Origin: Chrysomallon squamiferum
Lineage: Eukaryota > Animalia > Mollusca
Direction of reading: 5' to 3'
DNA length: 64,000 nucleotides
NCBI GenBank assembly: GCA_012295275.1
Contig: CM022671.1
Location: forward strand, 19,282,001-19,346,000
Shown: positions 41,292 to 55,096 of the stretch, one piece after another
Layout of the letters: every line of letters starts with the position of its first letter
How positions within the stretch are numbered: position 1 is the stretch's first letter
Notes under the pieces: model-generated
What the model was told of the DNA's origin: nothing
Databases searched by the model: none
What the model saw: the letters and a program-made list of their open reading frames with translations, nothing else
Made by a program: the position numbers and the translations under genes

Positions 41292-41932
41292 ACAGTATAT
41301 ATATATAAACGTATCTAATACTTTACTGGAACAAGGTAACATATAACGTACACAACCACTACCCATCAGTAAACCAAATTAGCACAGCAGAGAACTGTCG
41401 ATGCGAAGCGGTTTTCATCACCGTGTTGTGATTGCTGTAAGAGGTATCAGTTACACAGGCAGCCGTGCAAGAACAAGCCGCTTCTGTCAAGGTGTACCTA
41501 AATCCTGAGAGAAGAAATGTGCTCTGCATTATAACGTAGTTACTGTCAAGGTGAACAGGTACCAACGAAATGAGAGTAGAAAATTATAGGCTGAGCAAGA
41601 GAATGCAGTTTCTGTCAAGAGGAACAGGTTCCTGAGATCACAGTGTGGAAATGCATCTACCAGCAGACTTCTGAATGTACTAAGAGGGACTCGTCAGTCT
41701 TTGCTGTTATTTATTTTTCTTTCGAAATTCAATGTTTTCAACTTGAATTGTTCTTTAAGATACGTTTACTACTAATAACTTGTTTTAAAGCGCCATACGT
41801 TAATAGAAGATACGTTTTGATGTAGCTATTAATATGATATCTGAATGAATGAATGGAAAAAAAATCCTCTTATCTTATGTTTCTTGAATAACTCATAAGT
41901 ATATTTGGAATTAGATAAAAATAGAGGTGTTT

Positions 41933-41963
<31 letters not shown>

Positions 41964-42335
41964 TTATTTTTTGTTTGTTTATTTGTTAAATGACATAATA
42001 TAAACATGATAATAATCAAAATATTTCTGGATATGGTTAAATTTTTACAGTTCATTCCAGTACTTTGAAGTTCAGTTTGAAATGGTTTAATAAAAAATAA
42101 ATAATAAAAAATTAAAATAAAAAATAAAAAATGATTTAAAAAAATAAAAAAAAATAAAGATGAAACCCAGAGAGAGACAGAGAGAGATTGTTAACTTAGC
42201 ATATATCATGTTAATTTTGTCGTTTAGTCCCTTCTTCTCTTCAATTTTCAGTTTATTTTCATAGCTTGTTGATGTCAGTATTCTGTTACACGTACAAATT
42301 CATTACTCACTATAGCTACACTGCATGTTGCTTAC

Positions 42336-44347
42336 CTGCCTGCCACTAAGATGCATTACTTGATGTTTATTTTGAGATACACCAAAGCTGCCAACAAACA
42401 GGAAGTACAGAGCATGCGTCTGTCGTTAGCACCAGTGGCTTCCTGCACACGAACCTAACGTCTTACATCAGATGGCAAATTGTGTTGCCATCATAAACAG
42501 CTTGAATAGAAACGGCAACCACCTACTATATAACTAGAATAATAATATCATTTACGTATAAAAACAAATTGTCACCTTTCTTATTAAAAAACCATCCAGT
42601 GACTATGAGTTAATACTTTATATAATCACAACAGATTAAAAATTTTGATTATGAAATTATTTATAGCAGCTCTACGGTAATTAAATATTAGGCTTTAATA
42701 ATTATTACATTGATATTAGAGATTTAAGTAAAAATTACTATAAATTAAGGAACATTTTCATTTGTCTGTTTCCTTTCTTGGTTAAACAAAGGACTGGCTA
42801 GAACCATTCAAATCCCGGTTTGATTTTTTGAATAAATATGGAACGACTTCTGTTTCCGTCATGTGGCGGACACATTGTTCTCTCATGCCACTTGGCGCCA
42901 AAAATAACGAAATCATGTCTCACAGTTAGAACATTGGTCGTATCTGTATGAAAACTATGACATCAGTCATGATTTAGGTGTGGTGTTTACCAAAAAACTG
43001 TATTAAACAGAATTCGAAGCCGTTTTCTATTTTCCTATGTATTTTTTTTAAAGCTGGTTTAACGTACGGCTGTGTAACAAAATCACGGCATAACCTATTT
43101 TCTCTGCTCTTTTTCATATGACCTTCGTTTAAATTAAATAGTAGTTACATTTTATTCAGGAAAAATTAGATAATCAGTATAAGCCACAATATCGAATCTT
43201 TATGTTAGTAAAATAGATTGTAAGTAAGCCATATTCCTGTAGATAAAAAAGAAGTATTACAGCACACAACCCCCCCCCCAAAAAAAAAACGCATTCGTCC
43301 TTCATAATAGCTTGTCTTCAGTGGGATACATCTTTTTAACTGTATAACATGTAGCAGAGGACCTTATGGATCTTAGGTTCAGACGAACATCTCACCCCAA
43401 GGAAATGATTTACTGCATATATTATTCTCATTCATGATTACAATGACATATTTAATTATTATATATATTTTGAAAAATAATTGTTACGAACACGAGACAA
43501 AACGTCCAATCATATTGTGTAACGCTTGATTTTAGCTGCGTTCGGTAGATATGCATGGCTAAAATGTAATCATCTTTTATGATCTTATTCATACTTTGAT
43601 TTTTAAAGTTAAAGCATAACTGAATATCAATTTCGTGTACTCGATAAACCGACAGTTTGCTGTTGTGAGCTATATATATCTTAAATGATAAAATAACTGC
43701 AGTGAAACAGAACAGTTTCAAACTCTTAGAGTTAATCATTTCAGAATACACACCCAAATTGATGTCATAATGTTTAGGAAAAATATATGAATTAGCAAAG
43801 GAACTTCTAACAGTTTGATTTCAACACGCAACGATATAACAGAAAATTATAAAACTGCTATCTGCAAAACGGTAACCAATTTTAGCGCCAAAATAGGCTT
43901 AGGCTGTCCATTCAGTCATGCAACAAAATCGGTAATTAATTCATTTCTAATTACAATCAAACCATGAAAATAATACAAGTGAAATATATAAAACATAATA
44001 ACAACAGCAACTATAGCTGACTTAGCATAATTTAAAAAATTACAAATAATTATACTTAGCAGACATAGTTAACGATTAAAGCCTTGATGTATCTTTTTAG
44101 TCCAATATAAATCAGGAACGGCTAATTACGTAATTTTTTAGAATAAGTATTATCAAGACTTTCTGATTACCGGAAAAATTATTTGGGCAACTATGGATGT
44201 ACGAGGTAAAGTTTAATCTAAAATATAGTAAAATATGAAGAGTAATATTTTCAGGAATGAAGATAATATGAAATAAAACGACATTTGTAATGGTTTTTAA
44301 AAACTTTTGCATGTTTTGTTCTGTTTTTCCTTTTCTCCTTTTCCTTT

Positions 44348-44430
<83 letters not shown>

Positions 44431-44731
44431 ATATAAAGGAAGAGTGGAAAAAGGAAGATCTCCAATTTTCAGCGAACCAAATAATAAATAATCTTTAGAA
44501 TATGTTGCTGAATGAATTCCACCAATAATAAAAAATATATTATCTTCAGATATTTACATTATATATGCCTATATCTCAAAAATCTTCTATAGCATCTTTC
44601 TGTATACAATACACTCAGTCAAAGAAAATTTAAAAAAATATAGCTATAGCTTTTCCATTGCAAGACTCGGCTGCGCCTTATGAATCTAAAGTTTGAAATA
44701 AAAGAAAAAATTAAAAACTTACTGCCATTGT
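42336..44731 (-). CDS. Candidate N-terminal exons of the iGluR (ATG GCA|gtaagt near 44723-44731; exon ~42336-42419)
   Basis: Strong donors GCA|GTAAGT and CAG|GTAAGC. One phase-0 join gives MATHALYFLFVGSFGVSQNKHQVMHLSGRQ-DAPYVVM (signal-peptide-like), but that acceptor is weak and other joins are possible. Confidence 0.35.
44351..44427. repeat. (AG)n microsatellite
   Basis: Direct inspection. Confidence 0.95.
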
Positions 44732-44982
44732 GAAATCTTTTCGAGCAGATTTGTGTTTCCTGAGAACTGATAGGTATTGTACGTACTCTGTGGTGACTAC
44801 GGTGTGACTACTGGGTGCTGGCTGTGTGAGATATGATGTAGTTTAACAGAACGCGACCGTTTACCAATCCACTCAGCTCGTTTAGCAACCAGACGATAAT
44901 CACATGTTGCAATTTCAAATCCAGGAACAATGCCATTGGTGGAATGTCAGGAGACATTTCTTTTGAAATGGACCCTTTTTTC

Positions 44983-44985
44983 TAT

Positions 44986-45024
<39 letters not shown>

Positions 45025-45098
45025 CAACCATACATACTTACACACAAATATACATAGATACTATCTATCTATCTATCTATCAGTCTATCTATCTTTCA

Positions 45099-45134
<36 letters not shown>

Positions 45135-45150
45135 TTTATCTATCTATATA
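44983..45150. repeat. Compound (CATA)n/(CA)n/(CTAT)n/(CTGT)n microsatellite
   Basis: Direct inspection. Confidence 0.9.
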
Positions 45151-45595
45151 GCTATCACATGGGTATGTATGTATTTATGTATATATGTGTGTATGTGTGT
45201 ATGTATGTACGAGTCTATATGTTTGTTTATATATATATATGCATATAGAAGAAACTTACAAAGAACTAAAAAAAAAAAAAGAGAAATTTTATATTTAAAT
45301 GCTCTGACCCAAAAACACATTTATAAACATTGTAAGCAAATACTGTGGTATTAATATAAGTTTCTATATTATAATACATAAACAATGCATTTTGATTAAT
45401 ATAAAATAATTTAATTATGTCACTATTTGATTAATAAGGTCATTTGTTACATATGCACGTATGATAAGTAAGCTGTAAGATAATAAAACTTCATTATAGA
45501 AGAAAGATCTAATAATAATAATAATAATAACAATAACAATAACAATAATAAAAAATAATATTAATAATAACAATAACAACAACAACAACAACAAC

Positions 45596-45629
<34 letters not shown>

Positions 45630-45867
45630 GAATAAAAAAAGAAAAAAGAAAAAAAAAGTGAATTTTGATGAAGATTATTAAGACTAAACTGTATTTGAAA
45701 ATAAATAAATATGAAAATGAGAGTTTCGAATATTATTACCATACCACAATCATTTTAATATATTGCTAGTTATTCGTTATTCGGAAATTACTCATCTTGC
45801 GTATTTCGTGAAAGGGAGGTTTGCCAACTTTGGTACCGCGTCGTGTTCCTGTAATAACCTTAAGCAT

Positions 45868-46023
45868 GTTGCCATAGCAAGAAGTTTGTTGTTGGCAACA
45901 ATGGGCGGCGCAGCGAGGTAAACGATTTCTTCTGATTGACATCAGACACCAAAAGAAATGAACGATATCAGTTTCAAGATGGGAAGCAGAAAAACAACGA
46001 GTTGTGGTAATTGCTATAGCAAC
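45868..46023. promoter_or_regulatory. Cluster of RFX X-box-like motifs
   Basis: GTTGCCATAGCAAG (45868-45881), GTTGTTGGCAAC (45888-45899) and ATTGCTATAGCAAC (46010-46023) in a CpG-richer island upstream of the iGluR. Confidence 0.5.
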
Positions 46024-46722
46024 CGCAAAATAGATCATTTTTGTGTGTAATAACCAGGTTATTCAGGTAATCCTTATGTATGTGGAAAACATCGCTCAGC
46101 TTTTTATTACGCTTGCCTGCGATTCTCGTTAGAGTCGCTGTACTGGAATGAATGTCTGCCTACCTTTGAGGTTTTGAATACATAAAGATTTGTGTGTATT
46201 TTGAAAAGTGCGTGTAAACGTAATCATAACATATACACAAGCACGCACACTCATACATTTAGTAAGGCAGAGAAGACAGAAAGAGAAACAGTACGTGAAA
46301 GTATGCATATATTTATAAGTGAAATCACTGTAATTATCAATAAATATACGTCATAAACTCACTTACATAAAACATTTTTTTTTTTTTTCTTCAATATTTA
46401 CGTACAGTTTTGTGTCGATAGATATTTATTTAATATCAAAAGAACATTAAAGGAATATCGTAAACAATAAAACTTGTTACAGGAAATACATAAACTAGGT
46501 TGAAAGATAACTTTTGAGTGTTTATTTATTTGTTGTTGTTGTTGTTGTTAGTACTATTACTTTGGTTTTAGTATTTTTATTTTAGTAGTTGCCCTCAGCT
46601 TACGAACTGATACGGATTTCTGATGTTAACCAATCTTTAAGAAAAGAAGAAAATATCAGCTTATATTTGTTACAATTATTTCAGTAAATGCTTGTATTTT
46701 CTCTTCAAGTTATAAAGAGAGA

Positions 46723-46764
<42 letters not shown>

Positions 46765-47197
46765 CAGTAATTACAGCTGTTTAGTGAAAAATGTATGAAA
46801 TTTAACTTCTACACAAAGAAGAGTTATTATAGCAGGATAAAACCCACTGAACTCACATATTAGACCGTTTTACACATGAGCCAGCATCCTGTATATTACA
46901 ATATATAGCAAATGCGTATTAGTTATCAGTCTTAGCTTGATATGATGTCTAATAACAGTTAGATAAAATATTTAGAAGTGTCATCAAAAATCGTTCTATG
47001 TTCTAAATAGCATCCTAAATTTTAGTTGAAATGACATTTAAAATACATGAATGCTAATTTAAGAAAACATTTTACTGGATTAATATAATGACATCGTGAC
47101 GAATACAAAAGATCAGTTAAGCATATATCCTTAAACAAGGTTTGATGATACATGCACATGTTTCAGCATTAATATTTTACTTTGGCCAAAATAAATA

Positions 47198-47236
<39 letters not shown>

Positions 47237-49300
47237 TAAAAAAAAAAGAACAAAATCAAAAATAAATAATAAAAATAAAAATAAAAAATTAATCTTATGT
47301 AAATAAAAAGAAAACTCATGCCTACTGCAAATATCCGTACCTTTCAAAACAATACCAACAGCCTTGTGTATCTGAACTTTCTTGAATTATCTCAATCGCG
47401 CGCGTTTTATAGACCCTTGGCGTATGTAGAGAGGTCAAAAAAAAAAAAAAAAAAAAAAAAAAAACTGCCTTTTTACCCTATAATGGCCTATGTGTCCGAG
47501 GTGGAATAGAAAGTTCACATATGGGGGAAAGAAATATCCAGATGTAAAGCATGATTCTCAGAAGTATAGCATTCAACACGTGAACATCATTAGGTGTTGC
47601 TTGCAACGTCTAGATTGCAGTTATACAAAGGTTATAAAAACCAAGCAGAAGGGATAAAAAAAAAAAGTATATTAATTTATAACGCGCTATATTATTATTA
47701 TAATTTACAATAATATAGTGGTATACACATGTGTCAAGCATTCTTTGAATAAAGTATTAAAAATAAAACGTTTTCTTCATTTATATGCGCATCTTTCTTT
47801 ATTGAAAATATGTTATAAAGTAGACAGTTAAAATACGAATTTACAAATGCATTTCAGTCTGGGGCTGCGGTAATTACAGGTACTAATTGATATAGATTTT
47901 GGTTTTCTTACTTTTAACCAAAATAAGCCTGACATTTGTAACAGATTTAATAGCCATTTCTTTCCTCGCTTGTAACTGAAACTTACTATGACTAAAACTA
48001 ATTTTTGAAAATCGTAATTCAGCTTTCTTTATTATTGACGGAATACATTTTTTATTTCTTTCTTTTTTTTTTTTTAATTTTTCTCATAAGCGAATTAATG
48101 TGGCCCGACCAGGCAAAGAACCAAATATAACTAGGGCGCTTCGAAAATCGAAAGCGGGAATTTGTTACATACTCAGGTATATTTACTGCGTTTTACTTTA
48201 TTACAGTCCATATGGAACGTCACATATTTAAAATAACTACATAAATGTTTATGATTAAAAATATTCGATTAATAATTCTATATAATCTATGCCTGTAATA
48301 TCGTCATATTTCCCCCCTGAAACAACGATATTTTTGCATTATGCTACAAGGGTTTGTTCTTTTTTTTTTCACAGAAATATATACAACTAAATCAGTCATG
48401 GGGTAAAGACAAGTGCGAAATAATTCGAATCTCAGGCTAGCGCTTTCATTTAATTATACGAGATCATTATAAAGTCCTGGTGCATCTTTACATTTTTATA
48501 ACTTCTGATATATGCACGATCACTGTCATTATGGATAGAAATGGTGGTACGTTTCTGAATTTCTAGAACATTTTCTATCTGATTTTCAGGTATACCATAA
48601 TAACGGTATTAAAAACCTCAACAATATATATTTAAAAATTTAAAATTATTTTTTTTTATCCTTTTTTCTGATCAATTCTGTGATTCATAGATCAGAACAT
48701 ATAAACATTTAAAATTGCACATGGATTTTAGACCCTCTATAATATGCTTAAGCAATTTGAATAAAACCAACAAACAAAATATGATTGTTGTCATAATTTA
48801 TTATTCTGTAAATGTAAAATATGGTCAGAACAAATGGCATGAATATTTTCAATTTTATATAACATTATTATTAACAGTTTAAAAAAAAAAAAAAAAAAAA
48901 AAAATAATAATAATATTAATAATAAGCAAAATAATATAAAATAAAATATATACTTAGAAAAAAAAAAAGAGATTCATAGTAATTTTCTACCCTGAAAAGC
49001 ATTTGCGCAATTTAAAAAAAAGAAAAGAAAAAAATGTCAACTTTGCATTGATAAATAAACTCAGTCTGTCAGGAATTTTGTTGAAGTAAAAAAAAAAAAA
49101 AAAAAATTCAGTTATCATTATCAAAGCATGATCATAAAATTTGCTAAGACATACTATATCAATTTAAATAAGTAGTCACTTGGATGTACATATATTTTAG
49201 AGATAGCACATACTATCAAAAGACAACTTTAATAAAAGCTTGACATCAGCAAAAATTATTTATTTAAACCAGAAATCAGAATAACCTGGCCAGTGATTTC

Positions 49301-49341
<41 letters not shown>

Positions 49342-51289
49342 CTATTATTAAAATTGTAAAATATTAACAAAGGTCATGGTACATATCATTTTGCATTATT
49401 TTTCTAATACAAATATAAAAATATAATGAGACTTTCACATGAAAAAATATCACCACATTAAACAGCCACACAAAAAAAGGTTATGGCATTCATATACATG
49501 AAGAAATTCAATTTCAAATGTTAATTAACTATTTTTTTTTTACAAATAAAATAATTTATTTTAAAGTTAAAAGTGCTACACTCAGTAAATATGTTCAGAA
49601 AGAATGGACGGACATAAAACAACAGCACCTTAAGTAATTAAAATAACAACTTGAAATTTAAAAAAAATATAGAAGTTGTAATTTTTAATACAAATTAAAA
49701 TAAGCAGTGTATTCTAATATGGCAGTTTATGAAGTTCCCTGTAGCAAAATATTGTATAAGAAATTGAATAAAACTGAAAGTGGATATACATTCTTCATTC
49801 AAGTCAAAGACTTGTGAAGATTCAACATTTTTTTATCCACCTCTGTGTCATTTATTTTTATTTTTATATTATCAATTTCTCATGTATTAGAACTACTTTC
49901 AGCAATTTTTAATAGGCTTATATTCATGTAAATGTGTGTGTGTGTGCGTGTGTGAATTTTGTTGTTTTTTAAAATAAATAATACTGGTTTGCTTGTAATT
50001 CCCTATAAAAATAGTTAAATACTATTGATGAAAACTCTATTCAGCAGTTTAATTTGTTCTATTTGTGCCTTTATCATAAGGTGACTACACTTTGAGACAG
50101 GAATAAGCAACCTGTTAAGATAATAGTGATAAATATTTCTGACATAAACCTCAGATTTGCAAGAAAATTAAATTTTGTTTACAATTCAGGTGACAGTTAG
50201 AGAACAGTTAGAACAGAATTAAAAGACCAGCTCATACAAAATTAATTAAACATACATCTTCCAAAGCTATCTGAAAAAAGACTACAAATGAAAATTATCT
50301 AAATAAATTTAGCTTGTTTAAAAAGTACAAATTTGAAAAAAAGGCACATTAATTTTCATTTAATCTTGAGATAGTCAGAATGTATATTTATCCTGGTTTG
50401 AATACAGAATAACATATTTTCAACTGGTAAATAATTTGCTATGATCCTTTTTCTGCTGTTTTTGCTTTAACTATAGTATTACAGTAATATTATGTTCAAA
50501 TACAAATATTTTGTCAACCAGTCTTTCAGATTGAAATGACCAAACAAATAAGAAAGAAATGATAAAAATCCTGCAGTCAGTGAATTAAACTGTTTAATAT
50601 AACAATGCTTATTTCTATAAACATTGAAATTAAAATGTTTTTAGTATTTTGTTTTATTAGAAATTAAAATGTAAATTTAGATATTTAATTACTTAATTTT
50701 CTTTTTCTATTGAAAAACAGTAATTTGTAACAACAACTAATATGTTTAATTGAAGTTGTCATAAAATTTTATCATGGATTGTTTTGGGGGTTTCTTTTTT
50801 TTTTTTTACAGCTATTTTCATTTTCAATTCCATGACTTTTTATTTTTACATACAGCTGTAATATTAACTTGTATATGATAATGAAGGTTAAATGTAACAC
50901 TCGTAGTAATAGAATAAAACAAAAATGTTTTTATATTTTGTGTAAATAGTTTGTAAAATGATTTCAAAACAACAAACCCCCCCTCCAAAAAAAAAAACCA
51001 ACCAAATCTGAGTCATTTAAAAACAAAAATAAATCAGAATTGGTCCACTGTGATGAAAAGTATGGCATAATGATATTAATTAATTCTGCAACTTACAAGA
51101 TGTCTTGTAGTAAAATATCATAAATATATAAAAACAATTTTAATTCAATTCAAAATAATTGTTTGATCATACTGGTTTAATTGGACTTCTCTATGATGCT
51201 AAAAGACCCAGGCACTTTGACATTATCACATATTATCTCCATTAGCAAAAACTTCACAAACCTCATACTAATTATAATAATGATGTTGA

Positions 51290-51845
51290 TCATGTAACTG
51301 TCAGAAATTTTTATACTTTTATAACTTTTATCAATCACTATACTTCTAAAACTGTCATCAATCACTATTGTTGTTTTACTGATATCAATCACTATATTTC
51401 TGTAACTGTCATCAATAACTACATTTGTATTATTGTCATCAATACCTGTACCTGTATAAGTCACATTATACTTACATAACCGTCATCAATCATTATATTT
51501 GTACAATTATTATATATTTGAATATACATGTATTACTGTCATCATTAAATATATTTGTATAACTATCATCAATCACTATACTTGTATAACCCATCAATTA
51601 CTATCATCAATCATACCTGTATAACTGTCATATATTAGAATATAAATGTATAACTGTTATCAATCTCTATTCTTGTATAACTATCATCAGTTACTGTGTT
51701 TGTATAACCCATTATTGACTTTGCTTGTGTATTTATCATCACTGACTGTTCTTTTGTAACTTATAATTGATTGTATTTTGCATAACAGTTATCAATGACT
51801 GTATTTGTATAACTATGTGGGTATAATGTCATCAATGATTACAAC
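51290..51845. repeat. Degenerate ~27-bp minisatellite in the TRPV 3' UTR
   Basis: Roughly 20 imperfect units of tgtataactgtcatcaatcactatatt, beginning ~45 nt after the stop codon. Confidence 0.8.
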
Positions 51846-51889
51846 TGTAAACTCATAAAACTTTCAGCAGCTGAAACCATAAGGCATTC

Positions 51890-54433
51890 TTAAACCACAG
51901 AATCCTTTTCATCTGTTCCACCAAGAAGAGATATAATAGATGATTGTGAAGCTGATTCTCTGTGTTTTGATGATTTTCTTTTCTTGTGTTTCCTTCTTTT
52001 GTGTTTTGGAATCACTGTTGTGGTTTCTTCTGTCCAGGATAAAGTGCTGCCTGCAGAAGAGAGTGACTTCAAAGGTGATTCTCTTTCTCCTTCACTAGCC
52101 TGAGCTTTCTGTCTTTTTGAAGACGTCTGTTCACAGAGAGGCTCCCCAAATCCCTGGCTGCCAAACTCAGAATCGAACTCCTGAGTCTCTATTGATTTCT
52201 GAAAGTAACCTGTAGGCTCATATGGGTGCACACGTTTGTAAGGAAGCAGCATCTTGATATTTGGACCTGCCACATGTTGTGGAACAGAGTGCTCTATCTT
52301 TCCAACCGGATCAGATGTCAGATTTGTCTGAGAAGAGTCAACACTGGGTGTCTCAGACCTGGGACTAAGTTTATTAATTTGAGAAGAGGTGATGAATGCA
52401 TGACCCTTAGTGAGATCTATGTCTTCCTGCCAGGCAATCTGTGCTACAGTTTCATTGAAAGCCTCATTTCCTATCTGTTGTCTTGGGCTGATTTGCTTTA
52501 AAGGTGCATTACCACCTTCTTTAAGCTGACAAACTACCTTCTTTGCAACCCACTGAAAAAAAGTTGCCACAGTAAATAACAAGAGTTTATTCATTTTCAT
52601 CATTAGTGAAAATTATAATCAACTTATAGAAACAAATAATATCTTTATTAAATAAAAAAAAATAATATTAAAATCTGTAAAACATTCACTTGTAGTAACA
52701 ACAAACCTGTTGTAGTTTAATGGAGACAATTCTCTGGCATATAACAGTAATAATTTATAAGAATTCTGTTTAAATGCATATAATGTTCATTTTGGTGAAA
52801 TCAATGGAATGGAAAAATTAACAGTATAAAGCTATCCTTTAATTTGAATTTTCTATTCCATTATAACATTTCAAAAACAAATGTTAGATTTATTTAAAAC
52901 TGAATGTAAATTTTCTACCTTCCAATTTGTCTCAGCTGATTTCCGACTCTGAGCTTTTGTCTTTGATGCTGTTTTGATGACTACTAATGCTCTTTTTTCA
53001 TTTTCTTGTGGATGAGAAATCCTCACAGAGTATTCTTTCTGAAACTTTATCAAATCCTTCTTGGAAAACCCACGCTCTAAAACAACTACTGTTTTAGCCC
53101 ACTTGAAAAGGAAACCAAGGATTAAATAACAGTTTAATTAGAATGTTCTAAAGAATAATCAGTTAAGACAAGAAAATTATTTAATCTGAATGTCTGGCAA
53201 AATGTAAAGTTTAAACATTCATGATTTAAGGTTTTTGTGACATATAATTATCATGTAATAATAAAGTTACATAATATTTACAAATATCATACTGTTTTAA
53301 GGATATTTCTTTAAAGGTATTTAAAGCAAATGATTAAAAAAATGAAAAAATGGGAACAATAAGATGGAAAAGGTAATGAACTTTATGACTAAATATGTAT
53401 TTCAAAAATCCAATAAAATAAGAAAACTTTAATTAAATATTTGACAAACCTGTTTCCTCCATTCTTTTTCAGATTTGGCAATTATCTGTTGGTATGTGTT
53501 GCCCATCATGGCTATCAACATGTTCAGCAGTAAAATTGGTACCAGGATCATAAAGATGGCAAATATCAGCTTTGTCAGTGGGGGATAATTAGCGTAATTG
53601 AAGGCATCATACTATTTCAATAAAAAAAAAATATATATATATAACAAATATTACTTTTTCTCAAAACAGGCAAGTATTAGAGCATTCTGGTCTAATGTCA
53701 CACAATATCAGTTATTCTCAGGGTAACTTTTGTTAATTTATCTGCTAATGTTATATATCTGATTTATCATGAGCTATGATACAAGGACATCTTTCTCATA
53801 ATAATACATATTTGACATGCAACTGACTAATAACTATAACTGTTTATATCAAAATACAATAAAAATAAATATTAAAAGTACTTTGCCTATCATAATGAAA
53901 TAACAAACAAGTAACTCAGTAATGAATATCTTGAGGATCATTTTACTAAAAATGAAAACATGTAAATGAATATTTTTTGATCAAAAAACAGTTAGTTTAT
54001 CTCTCCTTCAGTTTTCCCTTCAAAAGTAAAAAAATGTCTCTTCTCTCCTAATAACAAAACAATTATTTTGACTTGATCTGTAGATTAAATAACGACACTG
54101 TTGTTTTTCCACTAGTTAGAGAGAATACTGAACCTTGAACTCTCCTAATGTCATCTGGAACAATGTCATCAAAGTGTCTTGTATAGTTGCAAATTTCTGA
54201 ACATCTGAATTATCATCATTTCCATTTTTGAACAGGAAAAAGAACCCTGAAATTTTAAAATAACATGATGGATAAACATATAAACCAATACAATGGCCAT
54301 TTCATTTAAAAAAAAAAATTAAAACTATTATTTTTTCTACTAATTTAAGTGGTTAATTTTATATAATTATTAATCCTTTTGTTTAGTAATTATTTAAAGG
54401 TAGATTACAATATAGATTTGCTATGACAAACAA

Positions 54434-54476
<43 letters not shown>

Positions 54477-55060
54477 TAGAATAAAAAAATAAAAAATAAT
54501 AATAACATAATAAAATAAACAAACATAAGATAAAAATACCAATCAAATTGAAAGAGTTTATGACAGACATAAACACATATATAAAACGTACCTTGTGCAA
54601 ATCCCACCAAGAAAATTATATAAATAACCCCAAATCTCACAAGATCTCCTAATAACATTTGGTACACCATGGTTACAAAGGGACCTGTTAGTTTGACACC
54701 CCTAAAAAGAAAACAGAAAATGGTGCAAAATGTTAAACAGAATTTTAAAACATTTATGTGCAAAGAGCATCTCATGAAAACTCATACTTGAGACTTTGTA
54801 ATGTTATTTATTAAAATTAATTTAGAAAAAACAAAAATAAAAAATGTTAATTTAATTTTAACATTTAGTGAGGAGTTTTTTTAAGAAACCCTAACAGATC
54901 ATGTACTTGTCAATATTTAAAGAAGAAGGATGACAAAAAATTGAAATTAAATTAAAAAGTCTACCTGCTAACAATGCAGCCTTGTATTAATGCATTTAAT
55001 TCGAATAATTTTTTTTTTTTTATAAATTAAATATATTACATTTTGGGTTTTTAGTTTACA

Positions 55061-55096
<36 letters not shown>

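Noticed and set aside
39992-41565. Exon-like segments at ~40055-40180, ~40950 and ~41360-41497 as iGluR N-terminal exons
   Set aside because: No unambiguous phase-consistent join; they may be UTR or alternative exons but cannot be supported.
41480-41635. Three ctgtcaag...acc direct repeats with spacers
   Set aside because: Only three degenerate copies in eukaryotic intron DNA; not a CRISPR array.
51177-51464. 95-aa ORF with IVIDDSY repeats
   Set aside because: By-product of the 27-bp minisatellite in the TRPV 3'UTR.
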